Assembly (NCBI GenBank): GCA_049513715.1
Contig: JBEKVV010000001.1
Location: 384,001 to 448,000 of the forward strand
Source of the DNA: Candidatus Bathyarchaeia archaeon
Lineage (GTDB): Archaea; Thermoproteota; Bathyarchaeia; 40CM-2-53-6
Direction of reading: 5' to 3'
Length of the DNA: 64,000 nt
This document shows, one piece after another, positions 46,402 through 56,846 of the stretch. The translations under genes were made by a program, and so were the position numbers. The notes below the pieces were generated by a model. That model did no database searches and was not told where the DNA came from. It saw nothing but the letters and a program-made list of their open reading frames with translations. How positions within the stretch are numbered: position 1 is the first letter of the stretch; each line of letters starts with the position of its first letter.

Positions 46402-47505
46402 ATGCCTGATACTCAAACGGCTGGGCGAAAGCTAAGCCACATTCAGACAACACTGCATCAGCAAGTTCAATCTCACGTCCCTACTGGCTTCGATGATGTG
46501 CGGCTGCTTCACAAAGCCCTCCCCGAAGTCGATCGAGCAGAAGTGGATCTGACAACCGAGATTTTCGGCCACAAACTCAATGCGCCCCTCATGATCGAAT
46601 CGATGACGGGCGGCACTCCGTTGGCCGCGAAGATCAACAAAACCTTAGCAAAGGTTGCAGAGCGACTGGGCATCGCAATGGGTGTTGGAAGCCAACGCGC
46701 AGGCATTGAGGACGAAAGCTTGGCGTACACATTTCGAGTGGCCAGAGACGCTGCACCTTCAATCCCACTTTTCGCTAACTTAGGGTGCCCACAGATTGCA
46801 CGCGAGGATGCCGTGGATAGGGCCAGGAAAGCTGTGGACATGATCGATGCCACGGGACTTTTCATACACCTGAATGCACTGCAGGAGTCGGTCCAGTTTG
46901 AAGGAGAAACGAATTTTCGGAATATCCTTCAAAAGATTAAGGAATTGGCAGGCAAATTGCCTGTTCCGGTCATGGTTAAGGAAACGGGCGCTGGTATTTC
47001 AAAGGAAACAGCGCAAGCTTGCGAAAAAGCAGGTGTGAAGGGAATTAACGTTTCAGGGCTTGGTGGAACGAGTTGGGCCGGCGTCGAGTATTACCGCGCG
47101 AGGGCCAAACGCCTGAAAGTTCAGATGGAGCTTGGAACTACATTCTGGGATTGGGGAACCCCAACGGTTCCAAGCATCGTGGAAGTAGCCAACTCAACCA
47201 GCCTCAAAGTTTTCGCCTCAGGCGGAGTCAGGAATGGCCTTCACATAGCGAAAGCAATCGCCCTGGGCTCCCACTACGGAGGCCTAGCCCTACCGATGCT
47301 CAAATCTGCCTCGGCAGGAGAAGGGGCAGCAATTGGCCGGCTACAGGCCGTAATTGAGGAGTTGCGGAATGCATTGTTCCTGACAGGTTCACGGAATCTG
47401 CAAGAACTTAGACAAGCCCCACTAATAATAACAGGCGCGACGTACGAGTGGCTTACACAGCGGGGTTTCGACCCGGCCAAGTACGCCATGAGACCTGGCC
47501 GCTAA
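46402..47505 (+). CDS. fni: Type 2 isopentenyl-diphosphate delta-isomerase
   Basis: RKLSHI, MTGG, GVGSQR, HLNALQE, KETGAG, GGTSW. Confidence 0.96.
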   Translation: MPDTQTAGRKLSHIQTTLHQQVQSHVPTGFDDVRLLHKALPEVDRAEVDLTTEIFGHKLNAPLMIESMTGGTPLAAKINKTLAKVAERLGIAMGVGSQRAGIEDESLAYTFRVARDAAPSIPLFANLGCPQIAREDAVDRARKAVDMIDATGLFIHLNALQESVQFEGETNFRNILQKIKELAGKLPVPVMVKETGAGISKETAQACEKAGVKGINVSGLGGTSWAGVEYYRARAKRLKVQMELGTTFWDWGTPTVPSIVEVANSTSLKVFASGGVRNGLHIAKAIALGSHYGGLALPMLKSASAGEGAAIGRLQAVIEELRNALFLTGSRNLQELRQAPLIITGATYEWLTQRGFDPAKYAMRPGR

Positions 47506-47538
47506 ATCCGAAATATCGCGATGCAATAGTGGTTGCTT

Positions 47539-48813
47539 ATGGGAAAGAGTTCCGAATATTCTGGGTTCTATAAACTACCTATCCCTGAGAGAATCAGAAT
47601 AATCAAAGAATTCGCAGGCCTAACTGAAGACGAGGCAGGCCTTCTTCAAAAGCCCGGCGCCCTTGGGTTTGATGTTGCGAACCGGATGGTGGAAAACCTT
47701 GTTGGCGTTTTTCCTGTTCCGTTGGGCGTCGCTGTTAACTTCCTCATAAACGGCTATGATGTAGTTGTTCCCATGGCCATCGAAGAGCCATCAGTCATAG
47801 CGGCTGCAAGTCATGCAGCTAAGATGGCGAGGCCAACAGGCGGGTTCCACGCTACCACTACTGACCCGGTAATGATTGGTCAGGTGCAGATCGTTGGAGT
47901 GAGCGACGTCAATCGGGCTAGGTTCGAGATTCTAGCCCGCAAGGAAGAGATTGTGAAACTCGCCAACGACCAAGACCCAGTACTGATCTCTATGGGTGGT
48001 GGAGCACGCGACTTGGAGGTTCGAATAATTGAAACCTTCCAAGGAAAGATGGTGATTGCAGAGCTGCTCGTGGATTGCAGAGATGCGATGGGTGCCAACG
48101 CTGTGAACACCATGGTTGAGGCTGCTGCTCCATTGATGGAAAAAATTTCAGGAGGGCGGGTCTACCTTCGAATCATCTCGAACTTGGCCGTTAAGCGCTT
48201 GGCACGGGTCATAGCGGTATTCCCAAAAGAAGCCTTAGGGGGAGAGGATGTTGTGGACGGGATAGTGAATGCCTATGCATTCGCTGCAGCGGATCCATTC
48301 AGGTGTGCAACGCATAACAAGGGAATAATGAACGGCGTCTCCGCCGTCGTTCTGGCCACAGGTAACGATACCCGGGCAATAGAGGCTGGGGCTCACGCCT
48401 ACGCCGCGCGGTCCGGGCACTACACGTCCCTGACAACGTGGGAGAAGACCGTGCAAGGGAACCTTGTGGGGACCCTCGAAATGCCGATGGCCGTCGGCAT
48501 CGTTGGAGGAGCCACAGCATCCAACCCTGTAGCGAAATTGGCGGTCAAGATTCTCGGCGTGAAGACCGCACGGGCACTAGCCGAGATAATAGTCTCAGTT
48601 GGATTGGCGCAAAACCTGGCAGCATTGAGAGCTTTGGCTGCGGAGGGCATACAGCGTGGACACATGAGCCTTCACGCGCGGAACATCGCGATCAACGCTG
48701 GCGCAACAGGTGAGCTAATCGACAAGGTTGCGTCGCAGATGGTAGCAGAAAGAAAAGTACGGGTAGACCGCGCTAAAGAAATACTGGAGAAGGTTGGGAA
48801 AAGTCAGGATTAG
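47539..48813 (+). CDS. HMG-CoA reductase, class II
   Basis: ENLVG, EEPSVIAA, DAMGANAVNT, HNKGIMNG, GIQRGHMSLH. Confidence 0.95.
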   Translation: MGKSSEYSGFYKLPIPERIRIIKEFAGLTEDEAGLLQKPGALGFDVANRMVENLVGVFPVPLGVAVNFLINGYDVVVPMAIEEPSVIAAASHAAKMARPTGGFHATTTDPVMIGQVQIVGVSDVNRARFEILARKEEIVKLANDQDPVLISMGGGARDLEVRIIETFQGKMVIAELLVDCRDAMGANAVNTMVEAAAPLMEKISGGRVYLRIISNLAVKRLARVIAVFPKEALGGEDVVDGIVNAYAFAAADPFRCATHNKGIMNGVSAVVLATGNDTRAIEAGAHAYAARSGHYTSLTTWEKTVQGNLVGTLEMPMAVGIVGGATASNPVAKLAVKILGVKTARALAEIIVSVGLAQNLAALRALAAEGIQRGHMSLHARNIAINAGATGELIDKVASQMVAERKVRVDRAKEILEKVGKSQD

Positions 48814-49157
48814 GCGGTGCTGTCGACTTCAAAGAGCGATTCCATTCGTCTTATCCTTGGAATCGCATCTTTCTCCATCCAGTCAGAGATTGTATCGTAG
48901 ACTTTGCGATAGTACTTCTTGGTGGCGTGTTTGACGATTCCCAGCCGCTCCATCCTCCGGATGTATCGCCACTTCATGCTCCGTGAGATCTGATCGCCCA
49001 TTAGGCGGTCAACGTCAAGTTTCTTGAATACTCTAGGTAGGTGGGCGAATGTTGCAATGATTTCTTTGGGGAAGGCGGTCAAGTGTTCCTTTGAGAGCTT
49101 TCTTTTGCCACGAGTTTCAATACCGCGCAACCTCGTGCTGTTTACTTTCAAAACCAC
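48810..49157 (-). CDS. Small basic hypothetical protein (possible wHTH)
   Basis: 115 aa; ISRSMKWRYIRRMERLGIV resembles a wHTH recognition helix. Confidence 0.55.
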   Translation of the reverse strand: MVLKVNSTRLRGIETRGKRKLSKEHLTAFPKEIIATFAHLPRVFKKLDVDRLMGDQISRSMKWRYIRRMERLGIVKHATKKYYRKVYDTISDWMEKDAIPRIRRMESLFEVDSTA

Positions 49158-49255
49158 GCCTTCTAATTGGCTGGTTACAGTTTTGATGGCATAAAAGCGT
49201 TATGAGCGTGTTCACTTTCTGCGAAAGCGGAACTGGCAATGAAACGCTTTCGAAT

Positions 49256-50119
49256 TCAAATAGCCCCAAACACGAAGGCGAGTAGGCCGAAGGTCATCCA
49301 TACCAACACGAAATTCTTGCTTCGCTTGGCATTGCGCGGGCTTGGGTCAGTCTTGATTGAGTAGGCGGTTAAGAGGAATCCCACGTCACAAATCACCACC
49401 ACGGGGATGTAGTAAAGGGGTTTTGAGACCAACCCAAGGGCCAGGGGCAGAACACTGAGGACCACGGCGCCAAGGAAGAGGGCAGCGCCCTGCTTTGCGG
49501 CACTCATGTTTCCTTTTGTCGCGGCAACCGTTTTCACCCCTCTGGCACTATCACCTGCAACGTCAACAATGCCTTTCAAGATTTCGCGCCCGAGGCTGGA
49601 AAGAAAAGCAAGCAGGGTGAAAATGCCTAGGGACCATGTGGGGCTGCCCACCGCGAAGCCCCCGAAGATGAAAGGGATCGCCACATTGATGCTGACCAAA
49701 GCGTTTCCGGCCAGACCTAGCTTCTTAACTCGAGCATTGTAGAGGATCATGATGACGATGCTTGCGACAGCAATCAGCAGTGCCCACGCGCCGAGGTTTG
49801 CGGCAAAAAACATCCCCATCGAGACCACGATGATCGCGAACGAAATTGCTTCAGCCGGTTTCACTATGCCCGCCGGCAAAGGGCGCTTCGGTTCATTGAT
49901 TTTGTCGATTTCGCGATCGAAATAGTCGTTCAAAATCATAGAAGCCGCTAGGAGAAGAAAGCCTGTCATGAACCCGTAGAACGCGGCTCGGGCCGTCACC
50001 GCTTGCGAAGCCAAGGCCTCTCCGACAATAACCGCGAAACCTATCATGACGCAGTTTGGTAAGCGCATCATGCGGAGTAAGCCGAGTGTTTTCTTGAGTG
50101 GAGAATTGTAAGGTTGCAC
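49256..50119 (-). CDS. Digeranylgeranylglyceryl phosphate synthase (UbiA family)
   Basis: NDYFDREIDKINEPKRPLP, REILKGIVD; divergent from GGGP synthase. Confidence 0.9.
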   Translation of the reverse strand: MQPYNSPLKKTLGLLRMMRLPNCVMIGFAVIVGEALASQAVTARAAFYGFMTGFLLLAASMILNDYFDREIDKINEPKRPLPAGIVKPAEAISFAIIVVSMGMFFAANLGAWALLIAVASIVIMILYNARVKKLGLAGNALVSINVAIPFIFGGFAVGSPTWSLGIFTLLAFLSSLGREILKGIVDVAGDSARGVKTVAATKGNMSAAKQGAALFLGAVVLSVLPLALGLVSKPLYYIPVVVICDVGFLLTAYSIKTDPSPRNAKRSKNFVLVWMTFGLLAFVFGAI

Positions 50120-50227
50120 TGCCCACGCCTCCGCATTTGTGAAGTCTGTACCTCACACACAAGCAGTTTTAATAGTATCGCGGGGTGTGTGAGAATATTT
50201 CCCGCAGTCTCCAACATGTAAACGTGA

Positions 50228-50989
50228 GTGGCCAAATCTTTGGGCGACATCAGAGTAGGGACCGTTGAAAATCACCTACAACAAGTAATCAACGAGAAAG
50301 GAGTCGCCCACCTAACCCTTTTCGACCCCGAAAGGCTCACACCCGCTGCTGCCAGGCAGCTTGCAATTGAGGTCAAGAAGGCCGGTACGGCCGCTGCCAT
50401 GGTTGGGGGGTCTACAGCTACTTCCATTTATGAACTCGACGCCGTAGTCAGGGCGATCAAAACCTCAGGCCTCCCAGTAATCCTGTTTCCTAATGATGTG
50501 GCGGGGCTAAGCCAGTATGCGGACGCTGTCTTCTTCATGTCCTTGTTGAACTCAACGAACCCGTACTACATCTCGGGGGCCCAGGCGCTTGGTGCGCCAC
50601 TGGTGAAGAAATTCGGGCTTGAACCGATTCCCCTAGCGTACCTGATTGTAGGGAATAACCCCGGTGCAGCAGGTTTCGTGGGAAACGCTAATCCCATCCC
50701 AAATGACAAACCGGAGTTGGCGGCGATATACGCCCTCGCAGCGGAATACTTGGGAATGCGCTTCGTCTACCTAGAAGCAGGTTCAGGGGCGAGGGATATG
50801 GTTTCACCGAAGATGGTTAGCACCGTCAGCAAAACTTGTCGAGCAAGAATAATCGTAGGCGGGGGCATCCGATCAGCCGCCCAAGCTAAAACGTTGGTTC
50901 AAGCCGGGGCACAGTTGATTGTTACAGGAACCGTTGCTGAAAAGGCGGGAATCCGGAAGTTGCGTGAAATTATTCGAGCCATCGAATAG
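50228..50989 (+). CDS. Geranylgeranylglyceryl phosphate synthase
   Basis: LFDPE, VGGS, PVILFP, YLEAGSGA, VGGGIR. Confidence 0.94.
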   Translation: MAKSLGDIRVGTVENHLQQVINEKGVAHLTLFDPERLTPAAARQLAIEVKKAGTAAAMVGGSTATSIYELDAVVRAIKTSGLPVILFPNDVAGLSQYADAVFFMSLLNSTNPYYISGAQALGAPLVKKFGLEPIPLAYLIVGNNPGAAGFVGNANPIPNDKPELAAIYALAAEYLGMRFVYLEAGSGARDMVSPKMVSTVSKTCRARIIVGGGIRSAAQAKTLVQAGAQLIVTGTVAEKAGIRKLREIIRAIE

Positions 50990-51010
50990 GGTCCCGTTGA
51001 GGAAAGCTGC

Positions 51011-52825
51011 TTGGCTCATTCTTTCTCGAAACGTATCAGCGGGACGACTCCTTACTACAATTTGGTTAGGCGTGTGGCCTTTCCCTCAACGAGAGCCATA
51101 ATCGAATCAACAGTTCTATTCACTACAATCGGGATTGGGCTTTCATTTCTGATCGCTCAACGGTCGGCACAAGCTTTCGTTCTTGGGGCTGCGTGGGGTG
51201 TCCTGATCCTTGCCGTCCCATCGTTCATCTCGGATATCGTTCTGTATTTCTCTATGATGAAGGAGGACCCCTTGTTCTATTTCCGAAGGTGTCTCGCCCT
51301 CTCATTGTTCACAATAACCACATGGGTTATCGTGTTCATCGTGGCCTCAATGATTGCTCTCGCAGATCCTCGATTTCTCTTCCCCGACTTCGCTGTCATC
51401 GTCGGCCTTTTCGCAGTAATTCCATTCCGCGCTCTCGCCGTCTTCTCCATGTCAAGGACAAGTTTCGCTAAGAGAACTCTGTTCACATTCATGGAGCCGA
51501 TGCTGACTGCTTTAATGGTCGTTCCAGTGTTCGGTGTGTCGGTGCTCAGAGTTGCGACGGGCCTCGTTATCGCATCCATTGCTGGTTTGACGTTCGCTTT
51601 CGCGCTGATAACTATCGTCGAAACCTACGGCCGTGAGTCAATCGGCTTCTCACCCATCCGAATGTTCAGAGCGTTCTTGACGGATTGGCTCGAAGGCGAG
51701 AACGAAGAACTTGAAACCTACCTCACCGAATTGGGGGTCGAAACAGAGTTAGATGTTGCAGCGTTCGCCTTCCGCCGCAAAACGACATCAAAGATCAAGG
51801 GCGTCATGCTTGTATCGAATTTTCATCCGGGGCCATTCTTGAACATTGGGAGCAGTGTCCTGCCCTTTCTATTTCAATCCGTGATGAAGAAGAGACTAAA
51901 CGCTATTGGATTAGTTCCTCACGGAGTGTCAGGGCATGAACTTAACCTGGTCTCGCAAGAGCAAAATGCTCGCATTATAAGCTGGGTTCTTAGTAATCTG
52001 GAACAGGCGTCATACAACGGCGAAGCGACCCCTGTGACTCGGTCCAAGAACGAAATTGCGACAGCAACGTCTCAAGTTTTCGACGGATGCGCCCTAGTGA
52101 CTATGACTGCTGCACCGTACGATATGGAAGATGTGCCCTCACAGGTCGCGAATAGAATCTCCGGCCTAACCAAAGGGCGATTTCGTCATGTTGCTCTGAT
52201 TGACGCCCACAACTGCCTAACGGGACCAACGGTAATGGACTCAGCGACCATTGGAGCATTACAAGAGGCCGCGCTGGCCTCTCTTCAAGTGTCCGCCGAG
52301 CAGGAAGCAAACGCGTTCAAAGTCGGTGTGGCAAGGAAAGTTCCCGACGGTTTCAAGTTGAAGGATGGTTTTGGCCCAGGCGGAATATCGGTGGTAGGGA
52401 TCGAAGCAAACGGGCAGCGTTTCGCGTACGTGAGCATAGACGGGAACAATATGGTTAAGGGATTGCGAGAGGAAATTCTTGAAAGGGTCAGGGGTGTCGG
52501 GTTCGACGACGGAGAAGTCATGACTACTGATACCCACATGGTAAATGGCATAGTTCACGCACGGCTCGGCTATCATTTAGTTGGTGAAGTAGTTCCCAGG
52601 CAGCAATTGCTTGATGAAATCACGGCAACCTGCCGCGAAGCCATGAGTGACCTGGAAGCATGTGAGGTCGGAGTCGTTTCCGGACAGGTTCCCGTGACCA
52701 CGCTCGGAACCAAATCCCTAAGACGAGTAATGAGCTTGGTATACCGAATTTCGAAGTTCACTGCACTTACGTTATTCCCAATGGTTGTGGCAATCACGAT
52801 CATATCGTTGCTCTTTTTGGTGTAA
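51011..52825 (+). CDS. DUF2070 family membrane protein
   Basis: N-terminal TMs, HPGPF, IDAHN, DGNNM, TTDTH. Confidence 0.85.
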   Translation: MAHSFSKRISGTTPYYNLVRRVAFPSTRAIIESTVLFTTIGIGLSFLIAQRSAQAFVLGAAWGVLILAVPSFISDIVLYFSMMKEDPLFYFRRCLALSLFTITTWVIVFIVASMIALADPRFLFPDFAVIVGLFAVIPFRALAVFSMSRTSFAKRTLFTFMEPMLTALMVVPVFGVSVLRVATGLVIASIAGLTFAFALITIVETYGRESIGFSPIRMFRAFLTDWLEGENEELETYLTELGVETELDVAAFAFRRKTTSKIKGVMLVSNFHPGPFLNIGSSVLPFLFQSVMKKRLNAIGLVPHGVSGHELNLVSQEQNARIISWVLSNLEQASYNGEATPVTRSKNEIATATSQVFDGCALVTMTAAPYDMEDVPSQVANRISGLTKGRFRHVALIDAHNCLTGPTVMDSATIGALQEAALASLQVSAEQEANAFKVGVARKVPDGFKLKDGFGPGGISVVGIEANGQRFAYVSIDGNNMVKGLREEILERVRGVGFDDGEVMTTDTHMVNGIVHARLGYHLVGEVVPRQQLLDEITATCREAMSDLEACEVGVVSGQVPVTTLGTKSLRRVMSLVYRISKFTALTLFPMVVAITIISLLFLV

Positions 52826-52828
52826 TAC

Positions 52829-53899
52829 ATGATTCCCGTGATTCCTCGCAATTCGCATTACATGCAGCTGCCTCGCGAGGTCTTGATTGGCGACAACGTC
52901 GCTCCCTTGGTCGGTATGGCCCTCACACGGCTTGGCTTTCACGGACCTGCGCTGGTCGTAACAGGACATAAGGTCATTTCGATCGCAGGAGACATTGTCT
53001 TAGACTCGCTCAAACGTGCAGGATTCAAGTCATCAACTATCGTTGCAGAAAACGCTACTACCTCTCAGGTCACTCGAGTTCAACGTGAAATTCGCCGTCT
53101 CAAACCAGACATCGTAGTAGGCGTTGGGGGTGGCAAGGACATCGATGTCGCAAAACTGAGCAGCATGAAGGCCGGAAGAAGGTTTGTGAGCGTCCCCACA
53201 GCCGCCTCACATGACGGCATCGCCAGCCCGCTCGTTTCAATGAAAGGACTAAACCGACCCTACTCATACGCAGCACACGCCCCAATAGCGATCGTCGCCG
53301 ACACGTCAATTATTGCCAAGTCACCGTACCGGCTAATCGCCAGCGGCTGTGGAGACGTAGTCGCAAAATACACTGCGGTGAGGGACTGGAAGCTTGCGCA
53401 CCGAATCAAAAACGAGTACTACGGCGACTACGCAGCTGAACTTGCACTGATGAGTTCGCGTCTAGTTATGCGGAACGCGAGTAGCATTCGGGCGATTTCA
53501 GATTCAGGGATAAGAACCCTGGTTGAGGCTCTGATTAGCTGTGGAGTTGCAATGAGCATTGCCGGAACGAGTCGCCCGTGCAGTGGAGCCGAGCACCTCT
53601 TCAGTCACGCCCTCGCGATGATTGCGCCCAAGCCTGCTCTGCATGGAGAACAGGTCGGGGTCGGTACGATTATGTGCGCTTACTTACATGGTGGAAACTG
53701 GCAACTGATCAAGGAAGTCATGCACACAATCGGCGGGCCAACTACCGCTAAAGAGCTTGGTATTGCCCCAGAATACATTCTAGAAGCGTTAACAAAAGCT
53801 CACTCGATCAGGCCCGAGCGGTACACGATACTTGGTGAGAGTGGACTCACGAAGGATGCTGCACGCAGAGTAGCTACCATCACGGGCGTCATTGACTGA
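52829..53899 (+). CDS. egsA: sn-glycerol-1-phosphate dehydrogenase
   Basis: GGGKDIDVAK, PTAASHDG, SGAEHLFSHAL, HGEQVG. Confidence 0.96.
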   Translation: MIPVIPRNSHYMQLPREVLIGDNVAPLVGMALTRLGFHGPALVVTGHKVISIAGDIVLDSLKRAGFKSSTIVAENATTSQVTRVQREIRRLKPDIVVGVGGGKDIDVAKLSSMKAGRRFVSVPTAASHDGIASPLVSMKGLNRPYSYAAHAPIAIVADTSIIAKSPYRLIASGCGDVVAKYTAVRDWKLAHRIKNEYYGDYAAELALMSSRLVMRNASSIRAISDSGIRTLVEALISCGVAMSIAGTSRPCSGAEHLFSHALAMIAPKPALHGEQVGVGTIMCAYLHGGNWQLIKEVMHTIGGPTTAKELGIAPEYILEALTKAHSIRPERYTILGESGLTKDAARRVATITGVID

Positions 53900-53984
53900 C
53901 ACAAGTGACACCGACGATCCAGCGCATGCGATTGACGAGCATTTCTTTTAGGACACTGTGATAACGTAATCAAGAGCAACTCGT

Positions 53985-55715
53985 ATGTCGGCTGAGATTG
54001 AGGTCAAAGTTCGGAAGGCAGCTATGCTAAACGCTGCCAAGCATGAAGGGAAGGCTGACCCAAACGCTGTACTCGGAAGCCTTCTTGGAGATAACGCTGA
54101 ACTTCGCAAACAAGCCAAGGACTTGATTCCCCTAATTCAGCGTGTTGTTCAAGAAATCAACTCCAAATCCTTTGAGGAACTCACTGCAACTGCGAGGCAG
54201 AGTTGGCCTGAAGAATTTGACAAGGAACGGGTTGAAGAGAAGAGGCAGCTTCCACCGCTGCCAAACGCCGAGAAATATTCGATGATTGTGACCAGACTTG
54301 CGCCAAATCCCGACTTCGTTCTTCATGTTGGCAACGCTAGGGCTGCAATTTTGAGCCATGACTACGCGAGAATGTACAGGGGCAAGTTCATTGTTCGATT
54401 CGAGGATACGGACCCGAGGCTGAAGAAAGCCCAACTTCAGTACTACGACATGATCAGAGAGGACTTGAAGTGGCTCGGCTGCGAGTGGGATGAGGAATAC
54501 ATTCAGAGCGACCGGTTGCCGACGTACTATGAGGTCGGCCAGACTCTTCTGACGAAAGGGGCCGCTTACATTTGCGAGTGTCAACCGGAAAAGTTCCGAG
54601 AGCTGGTCAACACGAACAGGGCTTGCCCCGACCGCGACCTGACAACCGCTGAGCAACAGCGACGCTGGGAGAAGATGCTCAAGGGCGGTTACGGAGAAGG
54701 TGGAGCGGTGTACCGCGTGAAAACGGATTTGACCCACCCCAACCCTGCAGTGAGGGATTGGCCAGCTTTCAGGGTGATAGACACCATCAAGTACTCGCAC
54801 CCCCGCGTGGGTTCGAAGTATGGCGTTTGGCCTCTCTACAACCTCGCTTCGGGGGTTGATGACCATGCGCTTGGGATTACCCACGTGATAAGGGGGAAGG
54901 AGCATCTGACCAACATGGCCCGGCAGTTGTTCCTTTACGACCATCTGAGCTGGAAATATCCTGAGGCAGTCCATTATGGTAGGCTTAAGGTTGAAGGCGT
55001 GACGCTGAGCAAGTCGAAACTCATGAAGGGTCTCGAAACAGGCGAATATTCAGGGGTGGACGACCCAAGACTAGGTACACTCGCGGCATTGCGAAGGCGA
55101 GGCTACCTAGCTGAGACAATTCGTAAGCTCATCTGGGACATTGGCCCGAAACCTGTCGACGTGACCATAAGCTGGGATAACATCAACTCACAAAACCGCA
55201 AACTCATCGACCCCACCTCACATAGATACTTCTTCGCCCCAAACCCAATCAAAACCAAGGTCATAGGGGTACCGAAAACGTACGACATTCACCAGCCCCT
55301 GCACCCTCAACACCCTGAAAGCGGAACGCGTAAGCTGACAGTGCAAGAGAGCAACGGCGAAGCCACATTGTACCTAGCAGGCTCTGATAGGTCGCTGCTT
55401 TCATCGGAGAGGACGATACGCCTAATGGGCCTCTTCAACATCAAAGCCAAACTCTTGAACAGTGAGGCTGTAGGACAGTTTCTCGGTGAAGGCGCCGCAG
55501 AGGCTCGAGAAGCCCCGATAGTGCAATGGGTCCCATCAGGCGAAAACGCGTCTGTTGATGTGGTTCTGCCCGACGCCACGACCCAAGCCGGCCTAGCCGA
55601 GGCTGGATTTAGAGCCGAACCTGAGGGGTCAATTGTGCAATTTGTTAGGTTCGGTTTTGGCCGGGTAGACAAGGTTTCATCTGAGAAGATCACTGTGTAC
55701 TTTGCACATCAATAA
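53985..55715 (+). CDS. gltX: Glutamate--tRNA ligase
   Basis: APNP...HVGN, RFEDTDP, THVIRGKEH, LSKS, QFVRFGF. Confidence 0.96.
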   Translation: MSAEIEVKVRKAAMLNAAKHEGKADPNAVLGSLLGDNAELRKQAKDLIPLIQRVVQEINSKSFEELTATARQSWPEEFDKERVEEKRQLPPLPNAEKYSMIVTRLAPNPDFVLHVGNARAAILSHDYARMYRGKFIVRFEDTDPRLKKAQLQYYDMIREDLKWLGCEWDEEYIQSDRLPTYYEVGQTLLTKGAAYICECQPEKFRELVNTNRACPDRDLTTAEQQRRWEKMLKGGYGEGGAVYRVKTDLTHPNPAVRDWPAFRVIDTIKYSHPRVGSKYGVWPLYNLASGVDDHALGITHVIRGKEHLTNMARQLFLYDHLSWKYPEAVHYGRLKVEGVTLSKSKLMKGLETGEYSGVDDPRLGTLAALRRRGYLAETIRKLIWDIGPKPVDVTISWDNINSQNRKLIDPTSHRYFFAPNPIKTKVIGVPKTYDIHQPLHPQHPESGTRKLTVQESNGEATLYLAGSDRSLLSSERTIRLMGLFNIKAKLLNSEAVGQFLGEGAAEAREAPIVQWVPSGENASVDVVLPDATTQAGLAEAGFRAEPEGSIVQFVRFGFGRVDKVSSEKITVYFAHQ

Positions 55716-55730
55716 CCGCCTGGGTCAGCA

Positions 55731-56021
55731 ATGTCACAATCCCCATCAGCCATGACCAAAGAGGAACTCTGGAAAGTGCTAGTGGACACTGCACACGCGC
55801 TGACTATGTACAAGAACCACAAACGGTATGTCGAAGACGTCATGCTCAAGGAGAAACCTGACATATCTCCGCAGGAGCTCGCCATTCAAATCAACGTCAC
55901 ATTAGGAGAGTCAATTGTTATTTTGGATGAGCTCCGTGGCGGAGAAATCCCCCCAAAGCCTGCGGAGCCGACAAACGCGCAGAAAACATCGGACCGAACG
56001 CTGTTCGAGTTCAGTCGCTAG
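55731..56021 (+). CDS. Small hypothetical protein with PIP-like C-terminus
   Basis: 96 aa, HTH-like ISPQELAIQINVTLGES, ends DRTLFEFSR. Confidence 0.65.
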   Translation: MSQSPSAMTKEELWKVLVDTAHALTMYKNHKRYVEDVMLKEKPDISPQELAIQINVTLGESIVILDELRGGEIPPKPAEPTNAQKTSDRTLFEFSR

Positions 56022-56030
56022 ATTAATCCA

Positions 56031-56705
56031 ATGCATTTGCATTTCGGCGTGATTGGTTTGAGGGTCGAAGTCGAGCCTTCTCTCATGGCAAAACATGCAG
56101 GGCTGGTGGCACTGGTGACTTCTTTCCAAAATCTTGTGATTAGGCAGACTTCTCCTGATTTGGAGAAGCTGAAGCAAGAAGTAACAGCAGACGTAAAGGC
56201 CAAGTATACACTTGACAGACTGAAGGATGTACCTATAATCCATGCGTACAGGGACTTCTTTTGGAGAGTGGGAATCGACCCGACCAAGATTCGACCAGCC
56301 GCCGAGGCGTTGATTCGCCGTATTCTTGCTGGAAAAACGCTCCCCACAATTAACACGCTGGTGGATGCTTACAATCTGGCTTCAATCACAACCTGTATCG
56401 CCCTAGCGGCGTTCGACGAATCGAAACTTCAAGGCTCACTGCTAATGCGCTCGGCCAACGCTGGCGAAGATTTTCTCGGAATCGGCATGAACAGGCCGAT
56501 GCTGCTGAATGGTGGAGAGATAGTTGTTTCGGACAGCCACAAGCTGATTGCCGTTTACCCCTATCGCGACGCTGACCAAAGCAAAGTTACGGGCGCAACG
56601 AGAAGCATGACGCTGATGGTATGTGGTTGCCCCGGGATCAGCGAGGAAACACTTCTTCAGGCTGAGAGAACTGCAAAGGACTTCATAACGAGATTTTGCG
56701 CTTGA
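56031..56705 (+). CDS. B3/B4 domain protein (PheT editing-domain-like)
   Basis: AYRDFF...DPTKIRPAAEALIRR, INTLVDAYNLAS. Confidence 0.88.
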   Translation: MHLHFGVIGLRVEVEPSLMAKHAGLVALVTSFQNLVIRQTSPDLEKLKQEVTADVKAKYTLDRLKDVPIIHAYRDFFWRVGIDPTKIRPAAEALIRRILAGKTLPTINTLVDAYNLASITTCIALAAFDESKLQGSLLMRSANAGEDFLGIGMNRPMLLNGGEIVVSDSHKLIAVYPYRDADQSKVTGATRSMTLMVCGCPGISEETLLQAERTAKDFITRFCA

Positions 56706-56799
56706 GGATAGCGAATCACCCGATTAAGCAGTCGTCCAATGTCATCTGGGCGGTCTTCCGAATGGTCAGAGCGGCCAGTCGGCCGTTACCGACAGTAAA

Positions 56800-56807
56800 T
56801 TTATATT
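56800..56807 (+). promoter_or_regulatory. Putative TATA box of thermosome gene
   Basis: TTTATATT about 40 bp upstream of the ATG. Confidence 0.5.
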
Positions 56808-56846
56808 CAGGATATTTTACCCCAAGTAACAATTCGGTGAATAATA

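Noticed and set aside
54132..54974. 280-aa antisense ORF, and similar long antisense ORFs over secY/adk and the thermosome
   Set aside because: Antisense shadows of well-conserved genes
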